From the NCBI GenBank assembly GCA_963783305.1, contig CAWAMW010000007.1:78220-142219 (forward strand): a stretch of 64,000 nucleotides of DNA, read 5' to 3'. A program made the translations under genes and the position numbers. This stretch comes from an uncultured Gemmatimonadales bacterium. Lineage in GTDB: Bacteria; Gemmatimonadota; Gemmatimonadetes; Longimicrobiales; RSA9. Shown one piece after another: positions 24,736 to 33,617 of the stretch (the first letter of the stretch is position 1; the number at the start of each line of letters is the position of its first letter). A model generated the notes under the pieces. That model made no database searches. It was not told the DNA's origin and was given only the letters and a program-made list of their open reading frames with translations.

Positions 24736-25503
24736 TCAGCCGAACAGCATGAGGACTCCCAGCCCCAGCCCGATCAGCGCGACCACCCAGCGGAGCCGGT
24801 CGGCATTGACCTTCTGGATCATGTGCCCGGCGACCCAGCCGCCGGAAATGGCGCCGGCGGCCATGAGGAGCGAACTCTCCCAGCGGGCGGCGCCGATGGC
24901 GATAAAGTATACGACGGCAGGCAGCTTGATCATGACGGCCATGAAGTTCTTGATGCCGTTGGCGTGCTGGAGGTCATCCAGGCCGAGGAGCCCGAGCGTA
25001 GCGAGGAGGATCAGTCCCATCCCGGCGCCGAAGTAGCCGCCGTACATGGCGAGCGCGAACATCGCCGCCAATCCGACCGGGAAGGCGCCGAGGGAGTGGG
25101 GCAGGCTAGCGGCCCCGATGGACCGCCGCACCAGGGGCTCTACCGCCACAGAAAGGGCGGCAGCCATGACGAGGAAGGGTGCCAGCGCCGCGAAATAGCT
25201 CGGCGGAAGCTCGATCAGGAGCCACGCGCCGAGCAGCCCTCCGGCCAGCGCGGGGGCGGCGAGCCACAGGGTGCGGGGCCGGATGCGGAGAATGCGTTTC
25301 CGATAGCTCCACGCCGCTGCGACGCTGCCCGGCCACAGGCCGACGGAATTGGTGGCATTCGCCGCCACCGGCGGGATGCCTACGAAGACGAGCACCGGAA
25401 AGGAGATGGCGCTCCCACCTCCCGCTACGGCGTTGGCCGCGCCCGCCGCCAGTCCGGCGGCGAACACGGCCATCAGGTCCCACATGTTCTCTGTGCCTGG
25501 CAT
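24736..25503 (-). CDS. TauE/SafE family sulfite-exporter-like membrane protein
   Basis: 255 aa with 7-8 TM helices and the duplicated 4-TM architecture with Gly-rich helices typical of TauE/SafE (DUF81). Confidence 0.8.
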   Translation of the reverse strand: MPGTENMWDLMAVFAAGLAAGAANAVAGGGSAISFPVLVFVGIPPVAANATNSVGLWPGSVAAAWSYRKRILRIRPRTLWLAAPALAGGLLGAWLLIELPPSYFAALAPFLVMAAALSVAVEPLVRRSIGAASLPHSLGAFPVGLAAMFALAMYGGYFGAGMGLILLATLGLLGLDDLQHANGIKNFMAVMIKLPAVVYFIAIGAARWESSLLMAAGAISGGWVAGHMIQKVNADRLRWVVALIGLGLGVLMLFG

Positions 25504-25515
25504 CCCGCCAGGGTA

Positions 25516-26187
25516 CTACCGCCGCGGGACCAGCGCCACGTCCACCCTGCGGTCTCCGTTCAGGTCCGTCAGCTCGGCCACGGGCAGAGACCCCGACCGG
25601 ATCTGCAGCACTCGACCGCCGTTCTTCAGCTCCAGCCACCGCCCCTCCAGCGGCTGGCGCCCCCCGACGCGCGCCCGCTCGGCCTCGATCCGGCCGTACA
25701 CCACGTCGCCCAGCACATCCATCAGGCCGCCGCGGTCGACCGCACCCCTGCGCCTGTCGCCGCCCCGCGGTGAGCCCAGGATGATGTCGCCCCAGCTGCC
25801 TCGGTCCTCCCAGCGGCCCCCGATCCCGGTCCCGAGGCCGAACCCCTTGTCACGGCACCACTGTCGGCCGTGCACAGGGTGACCCTCTCCGTTTCGGCAG
25901 AAGGGCGGACCCTTGCCAGCCTTGCTCCCCTTCTTCCCGCGCTCGCGCGCATTCTCACGCTCCCGCTCCCTTCGATCGTCCCGGTCGCTCCGGGCCCGGT
26001 CGTCGTCACGCCCCAGGATGATGTCTCCGATCGTCCGGTCGCCCCCGTTCCGGTCTCGGGCATCCGCCTTCAGCTCCTGGAGCGCCCAATTCCACCAGCC
26101 GTCGGTCGACTGCGCCTCCGCCTGCGCGGGTGCGCCGACCGCCAGCGCGGTGATGAGCGCCAGAATCACGTATCTCGATCGTGCCAT
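25516..26187 (-). CDS. Secreted hypothetical protein, Arg/Asp/Glu-rich low-complexity with internal repeat (GDIILG...)
   Basis: ATG (MARSRYVILALITALAVGAPAQA) with excellent RBS AAGGAGGCAGGA. Signal peptide. Two copies of a GDIILG(R/S) segment. Two Cys (GPPFCRNGEGHPVHGRQWCRDKGFG). The ORF-track N-extension to 26514 was rejected. Confidence 0.55.
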   Translation of the reverse strand: MARSRYVILALITALAVGAPAQAEAQSTDGWWNWALQELKADARDRNGGDRTIGDIILGRDDDRARSDRDDRRERERENARERGKKGSKAGKGPPFCRNGEGHPVHGRQWCRDKGFGLGTGIGGRWEDRGSWGDIILGSPRGGDRRRGAVDRGGLMDVLGDVVYGRIEAERARVGGRQPLEGRWLELKNGGRVLQIRSGSLPVAELTDLNGDRRVDVALVPRR

Positions 26188-26399
26188 TCCTGCCTCCTTG
26201 CCTTGATGCCGGCATCTCCATGACCCGGTCATAGCAGGGGCAGGAGCCGTTCCGCGGACGTGCCTTGCGGCCATACACGTTGCGGCACAACGCGTCCAAG
26301 CGGTATAACGGGGGCGAGGGACCCATCCGAAGGTTCCGCGAATGTCCCCCATAGTGGACATTTTCGGCCCGGCCGGAGAGGACACCGGGAAGGAGCGGC

Positions 26400-27122
26400 A
26401 TGTACGAGGCGGTGGTTGCAGTGGTGGCGGTGCTGGCGGGAGCCGTGGCTTCCGTCGCCGGGTTCGGCATCGGGTCGCTGCTGACGCCGGTGCTCTCCAT
26501 TGAGCTGGGGACAAAGCTGGCCGTCGCGCTCATCTCCATCCCCCATTTCATCGGAACAGGGCTCCGGCTTTGGCGTCTGCGGGCGCACGTGAACCGCCGC
26601 GTGGTGCTGGGGTTCGGGATCGCGAGCGCCGCGGGCGGTGTGGTCGGTGCGCTCTTCCACGCGCAGGCGGGTAGTCCTCTGCTTGCGGGCGTGTTCGGGG
26701 TTCTGCTCGTCCTGGCGAGCACCACGGAATTGACGGGGCTCGCTCGGCGCGTGGAGCTCGCGGGCGTGGCGGCGTGGCTCGCCGGTGGTCTGTCCGGCCT
26801 GTTCGGCGGGATGGTGGGGAACCAGGGCGGGATCCGGTCGGCGGCGCTGCTGGGATTCCACCTCTCGCGGCATGCGTTTGTGGCCACCGCTACGGCCATC
26901 GCGCTCGCCGTGGATGTCGCCCGCATGCCGGTATACTTCGCCGTGGAGGGCGGGAACATCCTCCGGGAATGGCCGTTACTGGGGATTGCCGTGGCCGGAG
27001 TGGTCGTGGGCACCCTCGCGGGAGAGCGGATCCTGGGTCGGGTCCCGGAACGGATTTTCCGGACCCTGGTGGCGCTGCTGATCCTGGCACTGGGTGTCTA
27101 CATGCTGACCCGCGGATTCTGA
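26400..27122 (+). CDS. TauE/SafE family membrane protein (second paralog)
   Basis: 240 aa, multi-TM, Gly-rich helices, DUF81-like. Its stop overlaps the start of the UDG gene (ATGA). Confidence 0.8.
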   Translation: MYEAVVAVVAVLAGAVASVAGFGIGSLLTPVLSIELGTKLAVALISIPHFIGTGLRLWRLRAHVNRRVVLGFGIASAAGGVVGALFHAQAGSPLLAGVFGVLLVLASTTELTGLARRVELAGVAAWLAGGLSGLFGGMVGNQGGIRSAALLGFHLSRHAFVATATAIALAVDVARMPVYFAVEGGNILREWPLLGIAVAGVVVGTLAGERILGRVPERIFRTLVALLILALGVYMLTRGF

Positions 27123-27814
27123 TGCTCCCTCCCATCCCCCCCGGCTGGCCCCGACTGCAGGAAGAACGGGAGCGAGCGTACTTCCGGGAGCTGGAGGCTT
27201 TCCTCGACGCGGAATACCGGGAGCGTACGGTCTACCCTCCGCGACCGGACGTCTTCCGCGCGCTCGAATGGACGTCGTTACGGAGCGTGCGCGTCGTGCT
27301 GCTCGGACAGGACCCCTACCACGGCCCCGGCCAGGCCCACGGCCTCTCCTTCTCGGCTCCGCCGGGGATCGCGCCGCCTCCATCGCTCCGCAACATGTTC
27401 CGAGAGCTCCACGACGACGTGGGCATCATGCCCCCGGACCACGGCACGCTCACCCCGTGGGCGCGACGTGGTGTGCTCCTGCTGAACGCGGTGCTCACCG
27501 TCAGGGAAGGCGAGGCGGGCTCGCACGCGGGCGCGGGCTGGGAGACCTTCACCGACGCGGTCCTCCAGCGTGTCGTCGCAAAGCAGAACCGGGTCGTCTT
27601 TCTCCTGCTCGGGAACCAGGCGCGGAGGAAGGCGAGCTCCGTGGACCTCTCCGGCCATGCGGTCGTGGAGGCGTCGCACCCATCACCGCTCTCGGCGCAC
27701 CGAGGGTTCTTCGGCAGCCGGGTCTTCTCACGGACCAATGCGCTGCTGGAGGAGGCGGGCCGGAAGCCGGTGGACTGGTCCCTTCCGTCCTACCCGTCTG
27801 TCCCGATTCCATAG
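27122..27814 (+). CDS. ung: Uracil-DNA glycosylase (family 1 UNG)
   Basis: Family-1 water-activating motif GQDPYHGPGQAHGLSFS. Leucine-loop region HPSPLSAHRGFFGS. ATG overlaps the upstream stop. Confidence 0.9.
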   Translation: MLPPIPPGWPRLQEERERAYFRELEAFLDAEYRERTVYPPRPDVFRALEWTSLRSVRVVLLGQDPYHGPGQAHGLSFSAPPGIAPPPSLRNMFRELHDDVGIMPPDHGTLTPWARRGVLLLNAVLTVREGEAGSHAGAGWETFTDAVLQRVVAKQNRVVFLLLGNQARRKASSVDLSGHAVVEASHPSPLSAHRGFFGSRVFSRTNALLEEAGRKPVDWSLPSYPSVPIP

Positions 27815-27991
27815 GAGCTCCCGCTCACGGCGCCCGCGTCGTTCCAGCCCTCACTCCACGAGGGCGGGAAGTCCTCGGAACGCCCGCGCGGCGGAGCAAC
27901 GCCCGGGATGCAGCGAGCCCGCCGAGTCCCGGCACCGCCACGAGGGGGTGATGGGAGCCCGCCGGGCCCACTCCATCGGTCCGGCGTCCGA

Positions 27992-28204
27992 TTACATTCC
28001 GCCGTCCATGGTGTCCATGTCCATCGTGTCCACCAGCATGGTGTCCATCATCATGGTGTCCATGGTCATGGTATCGGCGGGCATGGGAGCCGGGGCCGGC
28101 TCCTGCAGCTCGACGTCCGTGTCCATCTCGTCGAAGTCATCCTCACCATCATCGGCGCAGGCGGCGAGGCCGAGTATCAGACCGAGCGTCAGCAGCTTTT
28201 TCAT
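27992..28204 (-). CDS. Small Met-rich lipoprotein (70 aa) with (M-D-T) repeats
   Basis: RBS AAGAGGAAACC then ATG. Lipoprotein signal with lipobox LAAC. Acidic linker, then TMTMDTMMMDTMLVDTMDMDTMDGGM. The underlying DNA is a tandem CATGGTGTCCAT-like repeat. Confidence 0.55.
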   Translation of the reverse strand: MKKLLTLGLILGLAACADDGEDDFDEMDTDVELQEPAPAPMPADTMTMDTMMMDTMLVDTMDMDTMDGGM

Positions 28205-28347
28205 GGTTTCCTCTTTCCCGGGTTGAAAAGGCGCCGCTGGCCCGTGCCGGACCGGTGGCGGGTCGAGAGTCGACTGGGTGCCGCAAGAAGTAGGCCCGAG
28301 CCGGAGATCGGGGGGGCGTCCCCGTGCCCTGCATGAGGGGGAGCGCG

Positions 28348-29376
28348 TCAGCGTGGCTCACTGGCCGGTCCGCTGGCGGGCCCCTCCGTTCGGTCTCCGG
28401 GCATGGTGCCCGGCTTGCCTTCGGCGGCGTTGTAGTAGTAGCGCATGGTGGGGTAGGCGAGATCGATGTCGTCGTGCTCGGCGAAACGGGTGAGCACGTC
28501 CTCCCAGATGGCCTGCGCGGTTCCACGCCGCCGGCGCGGGTGCGTGAGGTAGCGCATGGTCAGCATGACGCCGCTGTCCTTGACGGCGGTGTACACGGTG
28601 GGGGTGAGGGTGCTGTAGAAGATCATGAACTGGCGGCTGGCCTTGTGCATCTGCTGCTCCGCCTCCTCGACCACCTCGCGGGCGTGGGTTTCCACCACCT
28701 CCGTCAGGATCTCCTTGGCCCGTTTCCAGTTGCTCTCGAACGTGACCAGCACCCCGATCTCGTTCCAGATGTACTGCATGCCGCGGGTGTAGTTGGCCAG
28801 CGGCTCGCGGAAGATGAGGCCGTTCGGAATGTGGATGAGTCGCCCGGTGCTCTGGTCGGCGTCCACCCAGTTCCCGATCTCGAGCAGAATGAACTGGAAG
28901 ACCCGCTGGTCGATGACATCACCTGCGTTGTCACCCAGCTGAACCCGGTCGCCGACGACGAACGGTCGGCGCCAGATGATGAAGAGCCAGCCCCCCAGGT
29001 TGACGATGGGGTCGCGCAGGGCGATGGCGAGCCCGGCCGTGAGGAGGCCGAAGAAGGTGGCGAGCTCGCCTACGCCTTCCGACCAGACCCGGCCCACGAG
29101 AATGACGCCCACCACCACCGAGATGTAGGTGATGGTCTTTCGCCACTTGTAGCGCGACCGCACATCGTCGACCCGCGCCCTCAGGACCCGCAGCGCGAGT
29201 CCGCGCAGGACGATCACCGCTACAATGAGGACGACCGAAAGCAGGAAGTCGGTCTGCGTTTTCGGGCTGAGGCTGGTCCACTGCTGGATCGCCGAGGTGA
29301 CATCGGTGACCGCCGAGTCGGCGGCCTCCTGCGCCTGGCCCAGCGCGCTGGAATCCTGCGGCAGTGAGAAGAACAT
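28348..29376 (-). CDS. Mechanosensitive ion channel family protein (MscS-like)
   Basis: Start MFFSLPQD. N-terminal TM helices followed by the MscS beta-domain (VGDRVQLGDNAGDVIDQRVFQFILLEIGNWV). The ORF-track N-extension was rejected. Confidence 0.8.
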   Translation of the reverse strand: MFFSLPQDSSALGQAQEAADSAVTDVTSAIQQWTSLSPKTQTDFLLSVVLIVAVIVLRGLALRVLRARVDDVRSRYKWRKTITYISVVVGVILVGRVWSEGVGELATFFGLLTAGLAIALRDPIVNLGGWLFIIWRRPFVVGDRVQLGDNAGDVIDQRVFQFILLEIGNWVDADQSTGRLIHIPNGLIFREPLANYTRGMQYIWNEIGVLVTFESNWKRAKEILTEVVETHAREVVEEAEQQMHKASRQFMIFYSTLTPTVYTAVKDSGVMLTMRYLTHPRRRRGTAQAIWEDVLTRFAEHDDIDLAYPTMRYYYNAAEGKPGTMPGDRTEGPASGPASEPR

Positions 29377-29381
29377 GGAGC

Positions 29382-30641
29382 TCACTGTCCCGCCGGGGCG
29401 GGGGCCCGGAGCAGGCTCTGCACCGCCTCGAGGCGTCCGTCGATGCCGGCGGCCGGCCGGACCCCGAGCAGCTCCGCCACCAGCGGGTGTACGTGGACGT
29501 TCTCGAAGGCGGGTACCGTGACGTTCGCCCGGAGTCGCGGCCCGCGGGCGAGAAAGATGCCGTGCATGGGCCGCCACGCCGGGTCCCAGCCGTGGGTCCC
29601 TCCGCCGCTCCATGCGCGCCCGTCGCGCCGTCGCAGAACCCAGCCCGGGTCGGCCACGACGACCAGGTCCCCGATCCTCGGCGACCCGCCGTATTGAAAC
29701 CGGTCCGGCAGCTCGTGCGGCCTGTAGGCGGTGGTGTGCGCGAGGCCTCCGTTCACGGCCGCCTGGATCTCCATGGCGCGGGCCGTATCCCCTTCGAGGT
29801 AGAGGAAGGCCTGCGTCGTGTTGTTGACGAAGTGGACGTCCTCCAGATCGATGGCGTCATCGAGGTAGACCACGTGGTCGGTGGGCACCGCCGCCATACC
29901 GTGGTCGGAGACCAGAACGAGGTTCACCCGGGGCCCGATGGGAAGGTCGTCGACGCCCTCGACCAGCCGCCCCAGGATCGTGTCGAGCCGCGCCACCATG
30001 GAGTCTACCGCCACGCCGTCGGGTCCGCGCCCGTGGGCGATATGGTCGGGCTCATCGAAATAGAGCATGACGAGCCGGGGTCGCTCCGGGAGGGGGAGGG
30101 AGAGCCAGTGCAGGACCGTGTCCACGCGCGCCTCGTACGGGACCGACCCATCGTACGTCTTGTAGTAGGTGGGTCGGACGCCGTCGATCTCGGCCTCCGA
30201 GCCCACCCAGAAGTAGCTGGCGGTCCTCAGTCCCTGTCGTTCCGCGGTGACCCAGATGGGCTCCCCGCCGTACCACCGCCCGTCCCGCACCACCGTGGTG
30301 TCGCCCAGCCTGTAGGTGGCGTTCAGGGCCGGGTCGTAGAAGGCGTTGTCCACGATCCCGTGGTGCGCCGGGTAGAGCCCCGTGGCGAGCGAGTAGTGGT
30401 TCGGGAAGGTCTTGCTGGGATACCCGGGAATCAGGCCCTCCGCGCGCACGCCCCCACCCGCGATCCGGTCGAAGTACGGGGTCTCGGCGCGCTCCACCAT
30501 GTCGTGACGCATGCCATCGAACGAGACCATGACCACGTATCGACCGGTGTCCTCCGGCTCGGAGGCGCGGCCAGGACCCTCCGTGCTAACGGGAGCGCAG
30601 GCCAGGACGAGGGCGATCAGGACGAAGGAAATGCGTGGCAC
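29382..30641 (-). CDS. Ectonucleotide pyrophosphatase/phosphodiesterase (NPP) family protein, alkaline-phosphatase superfamily, lipoprotein
   Basis: Signal plus lipobox (LVLACAP). Metal-ligand motifs of the NPP/AP superfamily (VSFDGMRHD, nucleophile region TFPNHYSLATG, DEPDHIAHGRG, VSDHGMA). Confidence 0.8.
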   Translation of the reverse strand: MPRISFVLIALVLACAPVSTEGPGRASEPEDTGRYVVMVSFDGMRHDMVERAETPYFDRIAGGGVRAEGLIPGYPSKTFPNHYSLATGLYPAHHGIVDNAFYDPALNATYRLGDTTVVRDGRWYGGEPIWVTAERQGLRTASYFWVGSEAEIDGVRPTYYKTYDGSVPYEARVDTVLHWLSLPLPERPRLVMLYFDEPDHIAHGRGPDGVAVDSMVARLDTILGRLVEGVDDLPIGPRVNLVLVSDHGMAAVPTDHVVYLDDAIDLEDVHFVNNTTQAFLYLEGDTARAMEIQAAVNGGLAHTTAYRPHELPDRFQYGGSPRIGDLVVVADPGWVLRRRDGRAWSGGGTHGWDPAWRPMHGIFLARGPRLRANVTVPAFENVHVHPLVAELLGVRPAAGIDGRLEAVQSLLRAPAPAGQ

Positions 30642-30873
30642 GTACGGCCTTCCGGTATCTCAGGGAAACGCGCGGGCGCCCCCGTCCGCCGGAGGGGGCG
30701 CCGACCGCAGCATCTGGTGGCTACGCTACGGCTCGGCGAGCCGGCACGCAACGCGCCTGCGCGGCGGTCGTGACCCGGGAACGGGGCTTGCACGGGTGGT
30801 CAGGGTCGCGATGGCCCCGGGCTCCCAGGGTTGTCCGTCTCAATTATCAATGATCCCCTTAACGGGAGGCCGC

Positions 30874-31128
30874 ATGAACGCGCCAACACGTCGACCGGGC
30901 CTCGATCAGTTCTGGGAGAAGGCCGACCGCGCCGACTCCGGACAGCATCCTCTCGAGCGCGAGCTGGATGAGCGGGTCGATGCCCTCGCCCGATACCGCC
31001 GCCTCATCGCCGAGGCCCAGCAGAACGGCCGCGACGAGGCCGTCGAGATTCTCATGCGGCAGCACGACCGCGAGGCCGCCGCCGTCGCGCGTCTCCGCGA
31101 AGCCCTCGACAACGAAGCCGCTGACTGA
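30874..31128 (+). CDS. Hypothetical small helical protein (84 aa)
   Basis: ATG with GGGAGG RBS. Charged helical sequence with no recognisable domain. Confidence 0.4.
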   Translation: MNAPTRRPGLDQFWEKADRADSGQHPLERELDERVDALARYRRLIAEAQQNGRDEAVEILMRQHDREAAAVARLREALDNEAAD

Positions 31129-31270
31129 CCGGGCGCACGGCCGCCATCCTCTCTCGACGCCGACCAGCGAGTCGAGTCGACCCACCCGTTCCATCTCGAC
31201 CCCACTCGTTCCAGGTGCACTCAGCAGGATGCTCGCGCGGGCGACTTCATCGCGGCCGCAGCCAACGGAT

Positions 31271-31303
31271 AAAGGCCGGGCCGTCGAGTGACGGCCCGGC
31301 CTT
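31271..31303. terminator. Bidirectional hairpin terminator candidate (AAGGCCGGGCCGTC-gagt-GACGGCCCGGCCTT)
   Basis: Perfect 14-bp stem between the convergent small ORF and the flotillin gene. Confidence 0.5.
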
Positions 31304-31333
31304 GGTCCCGCTCCCTTCCAGCTGGCCCGATGT

Positions 31334-32668
31334 CTACTTCGCCTTGACCACTTCCCTGGCCACCTGGGCGGCGATGGCATCCTTGCTGTCCGCGCGGCCG
31401 TCCGCGCCAGCCCGCGTGGCGAGGGCGCGGAAGAGGTCCTCCATATCGATGCCGTAGGTGCCGGCCAGGTTCTCCAGCATGCCCACGGCGCCCTTGACGC
31501 GCTGGTTCGCGGCGTTGGCGAGGCCGTGGCCGTCCCCGCCGTCCATGACCACCATGCGTTCCACGGCGATGCCGGCCACGGCGTCCGCGGTGACGCGCAG
31601 GAGCTCGGGGAGCTTCTGGGCCATGAAGACGCGGAACCCTTCGTCGCCGCCGCGGCTGATCTCCGCGAACAGCGCCTCGAGGGCGGCCGCCTGTGCGCGG
31701 CCCTGCTCGATGGTGGGCGCGGCCGCGCCCTTGGCGGCTTCCTCCGCGGCGTGCCGCGCGGCCTCGGCCGGTGCGATCACGTCGGCCTGGAGCCGGGCCC
31801 GCTCCGTCTCGGCGCGCCGGTCCTCGAGCGCTCTCCTGGCCTCGACCTCCGCCTGCTCCGCCGCCACCCGGGCCAGCCGCTCGGAGGTCTCGCCCTCGCG
31901 GTCCAGCTCGGCCTTGCGGACGCGCAGGCGGTTGCCGGCCTCCGCGATGGTGATCTCCGCCTCGGCCTCCGCCACCTCGGCCTCCCGCTTGTACTCCGCC
32001 TGGCGACGGCGCGTCTCGGCCGTGTTCTCCGCCTCGGCCACCTCCGCCTCCTTCTTCACCACCGCGTTCTTCTTCCGGCCGATGCTCTCCAGATAGCCGA
32101 CCTCGTCGGTGACGTTCTGGATCTTCAGGACGTCCAGCTTGAACCCCAGCTTCTTCAGGTCCTCGCCCGCCTCCTCCATGAGGCTCTCGGCGAACATGAG
32201 CCGGTCCTCGTTCACCTGCTCGGGCGTCATCGTGGCCAGCACACCCCGCAGGTTGCCCATGAGCGTCTCGTGGGCCAGCGCCGCGATCTCTTCGTGCGTC
32301 TTCCCCAGCAGGCGCTCCACCGCGTTGTTGAAGTCGGTCTCCGGCTCCGACGCGATCTTGACGTTGGCGATGGCCTGGACGTTCAGCGGGATGTTGCCCT
32401 TGGAGTACGCGTTGGAGACCGTGATCTCCAGCGGGATCGTCTCCAGCGACAGGTGGTCCACCTTCTCCACGATGGGGATCCGCAGCGTCCGCCCGCCGAT
32501 GACGTTCCGGTAGCCCACGGCCTGCCCGCTCGACAACGCCCGTTTGCGGCCCGTGATCACCGCCGCCCGGTTCGGCGGAACGATGATGATGAGCCGCGCG
32601 ATGGTGGCGACGATGATCACCATCGCCACGAGTGTGATCAGACCGATGGTCGCGCCGGTTTCTATCAT
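31334..32668 (-). CDS. Flotillin-like SPFH/band-7 family protein (YqiK-like)
   Basis: N-terminal TM. SPFH domain. Long Ala/Glu-rich coiled-coil (EAEVAEAE repeats). C-terminal flotillin domain. Confidence 0.85.
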   Translation of the reverse strand: MIETGATIGLITLVAMVIIVATIARLIIIVPPNRAAVITGRKRALSSGQAVGYRNVIGGRTLRIPIVEKVDHLSLETIPLEITVSNAYSKGNIPLNVQAIANVKIASEPETDFNNAVERLLGKTHEEIAALAHETLMGNLRGVLATMTPEQVNEDRLMFAESLMEEAGEDLKKLGFKLDVLKIQNVTDEVGYLESIGRKKNAVVKKEAEVAEAENTAETRRRQAEYKREAEVAEAEAEITIAEAGNRLRVRKAELDREGETSERLARVAAEQAEVEARRALEDRRAETERARLQADVIAPAEAARHAAEEAAKGAAAPTIEQGRAQAAALEALFAEISRGGDEGFRVFMAQKLPELLRVTADAVAGIAVERMVVMDGGDGHGLANAANQRVKGAVGMLENLAGTYGIDMEDLFRALATRAGADGRADSKDAIAAQVAREVVKAK

Positions 32669-32681
32669 GATTCCCCCTGCA

Positions 32682-33314
32682 TCAGTGGTCGGCCGGCGGG
32701 CTGTCCGCCGGTGTCAGTGCTTCCAGCGGCGAGACCCGCGCGGTCCCACCGTCCATCTCGATCACCAGCACGCTGCGCCACTCCTCTGGCGACGGCGCGC
32801 TCCCGTCGAACGGCAGTGCCCTGAGCTCGTGCTCCCGGTCCTGCCGCCGGACCACGATCTGCCCGACCTTGCCGGGGCGCAGCGGCAGCACCACCCGTCC
32901 CTCGCAGCCCACGAAGCTGCTCTCTTCCGCCATGAACCCCGCGTCCGTCGCCTTCAGCCAGCCGAACGCCGCCATGGCCAAGGCCGCCGCCAGCGCGCCC
33001 GAACCCGTGGCCGCCGCCGTTACCAGCAGCAGCGGTAGCTCCGGACTCGTAGCCGTCAGGATCCAGCCCACCGCGCCGAAGCCGAACAGGAAGTAGGTCA
33101 GGTTCCGGATCGTAAAGACCTTGAACGCGCCCGCCACGTCCGTGTCGACGTCCGGGTCGGCGTCCACAGCCAGGTCGGTGTCCAGGTCCAGATCCAGGTC
33201 GGTGTCGAGGTCGACGTCCATATCCGCGTCGCCCGCGCCGAACAGGTCGCCCAGCAGCGACAGCGCCAGCAGGCCGCCGCCCACGATCAGCGAGAAGAGG
33301 AAAATCGATGTCAT
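32682..33314 (-). CDS. NfeD/YqiJ-like membrane protein (flotillin-associated, C-terminal OB-fold)
   Basis: Start MTSIFLFSLIVGGG with GGAGGTACCG RBS. TM helices flank an acidic D-x-D repeat loop. C-terminal OB-fold-like segment (GCEGRVVLPLRPGKVGQIVV). Immediately upstream of the flotillin gene. Confidence 0.7.
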   Translation of the reverse strand: MTSIFLFSLIVGGGLLALSLLGDLFGAGDADMDVDLDTDLDLDLDTDLAVDADPDVDTDVAGAFKVFTIRNLTYFLFGFGAVGWILTATSPELPLLLVTAAATGSGALAAALAMAAFGWLKATDAGFMAEESSFVGCEGRVVLPLRPGKVGQIVVRRQDREHELRALPFDGSAPSPEEWRSVLVIEMDGGTARVSPLEALTPADSPPADH

Positions 33315-33617
33315 CGGTACCTCCGGTGGTCGTGACTCATGGAGGATACGCGGCCGCCAGGTGGGGGCTTCAAGGGTGCCGCTGACCAAACCTACATGGG
33401 AAACCGGCGTTCTGGCCAGTGCGATTCGTGGCGACGGGGGGTGGGAGTGGACGTTGGAGTCCCTCCGCGCAGCCACGTCGTCGAATCCGAGTAGGTGGTT
33501 GTCCCAACGGACCATTGGGGGACCTCGTACCCGGCCGTAGCTTGAGGTTACCTCCACCGGGCGGCCCGCTCCGGACGAACCGGGCCGGAACCGTTTTCAC
33601 CCAAATCGTATTCCCAC

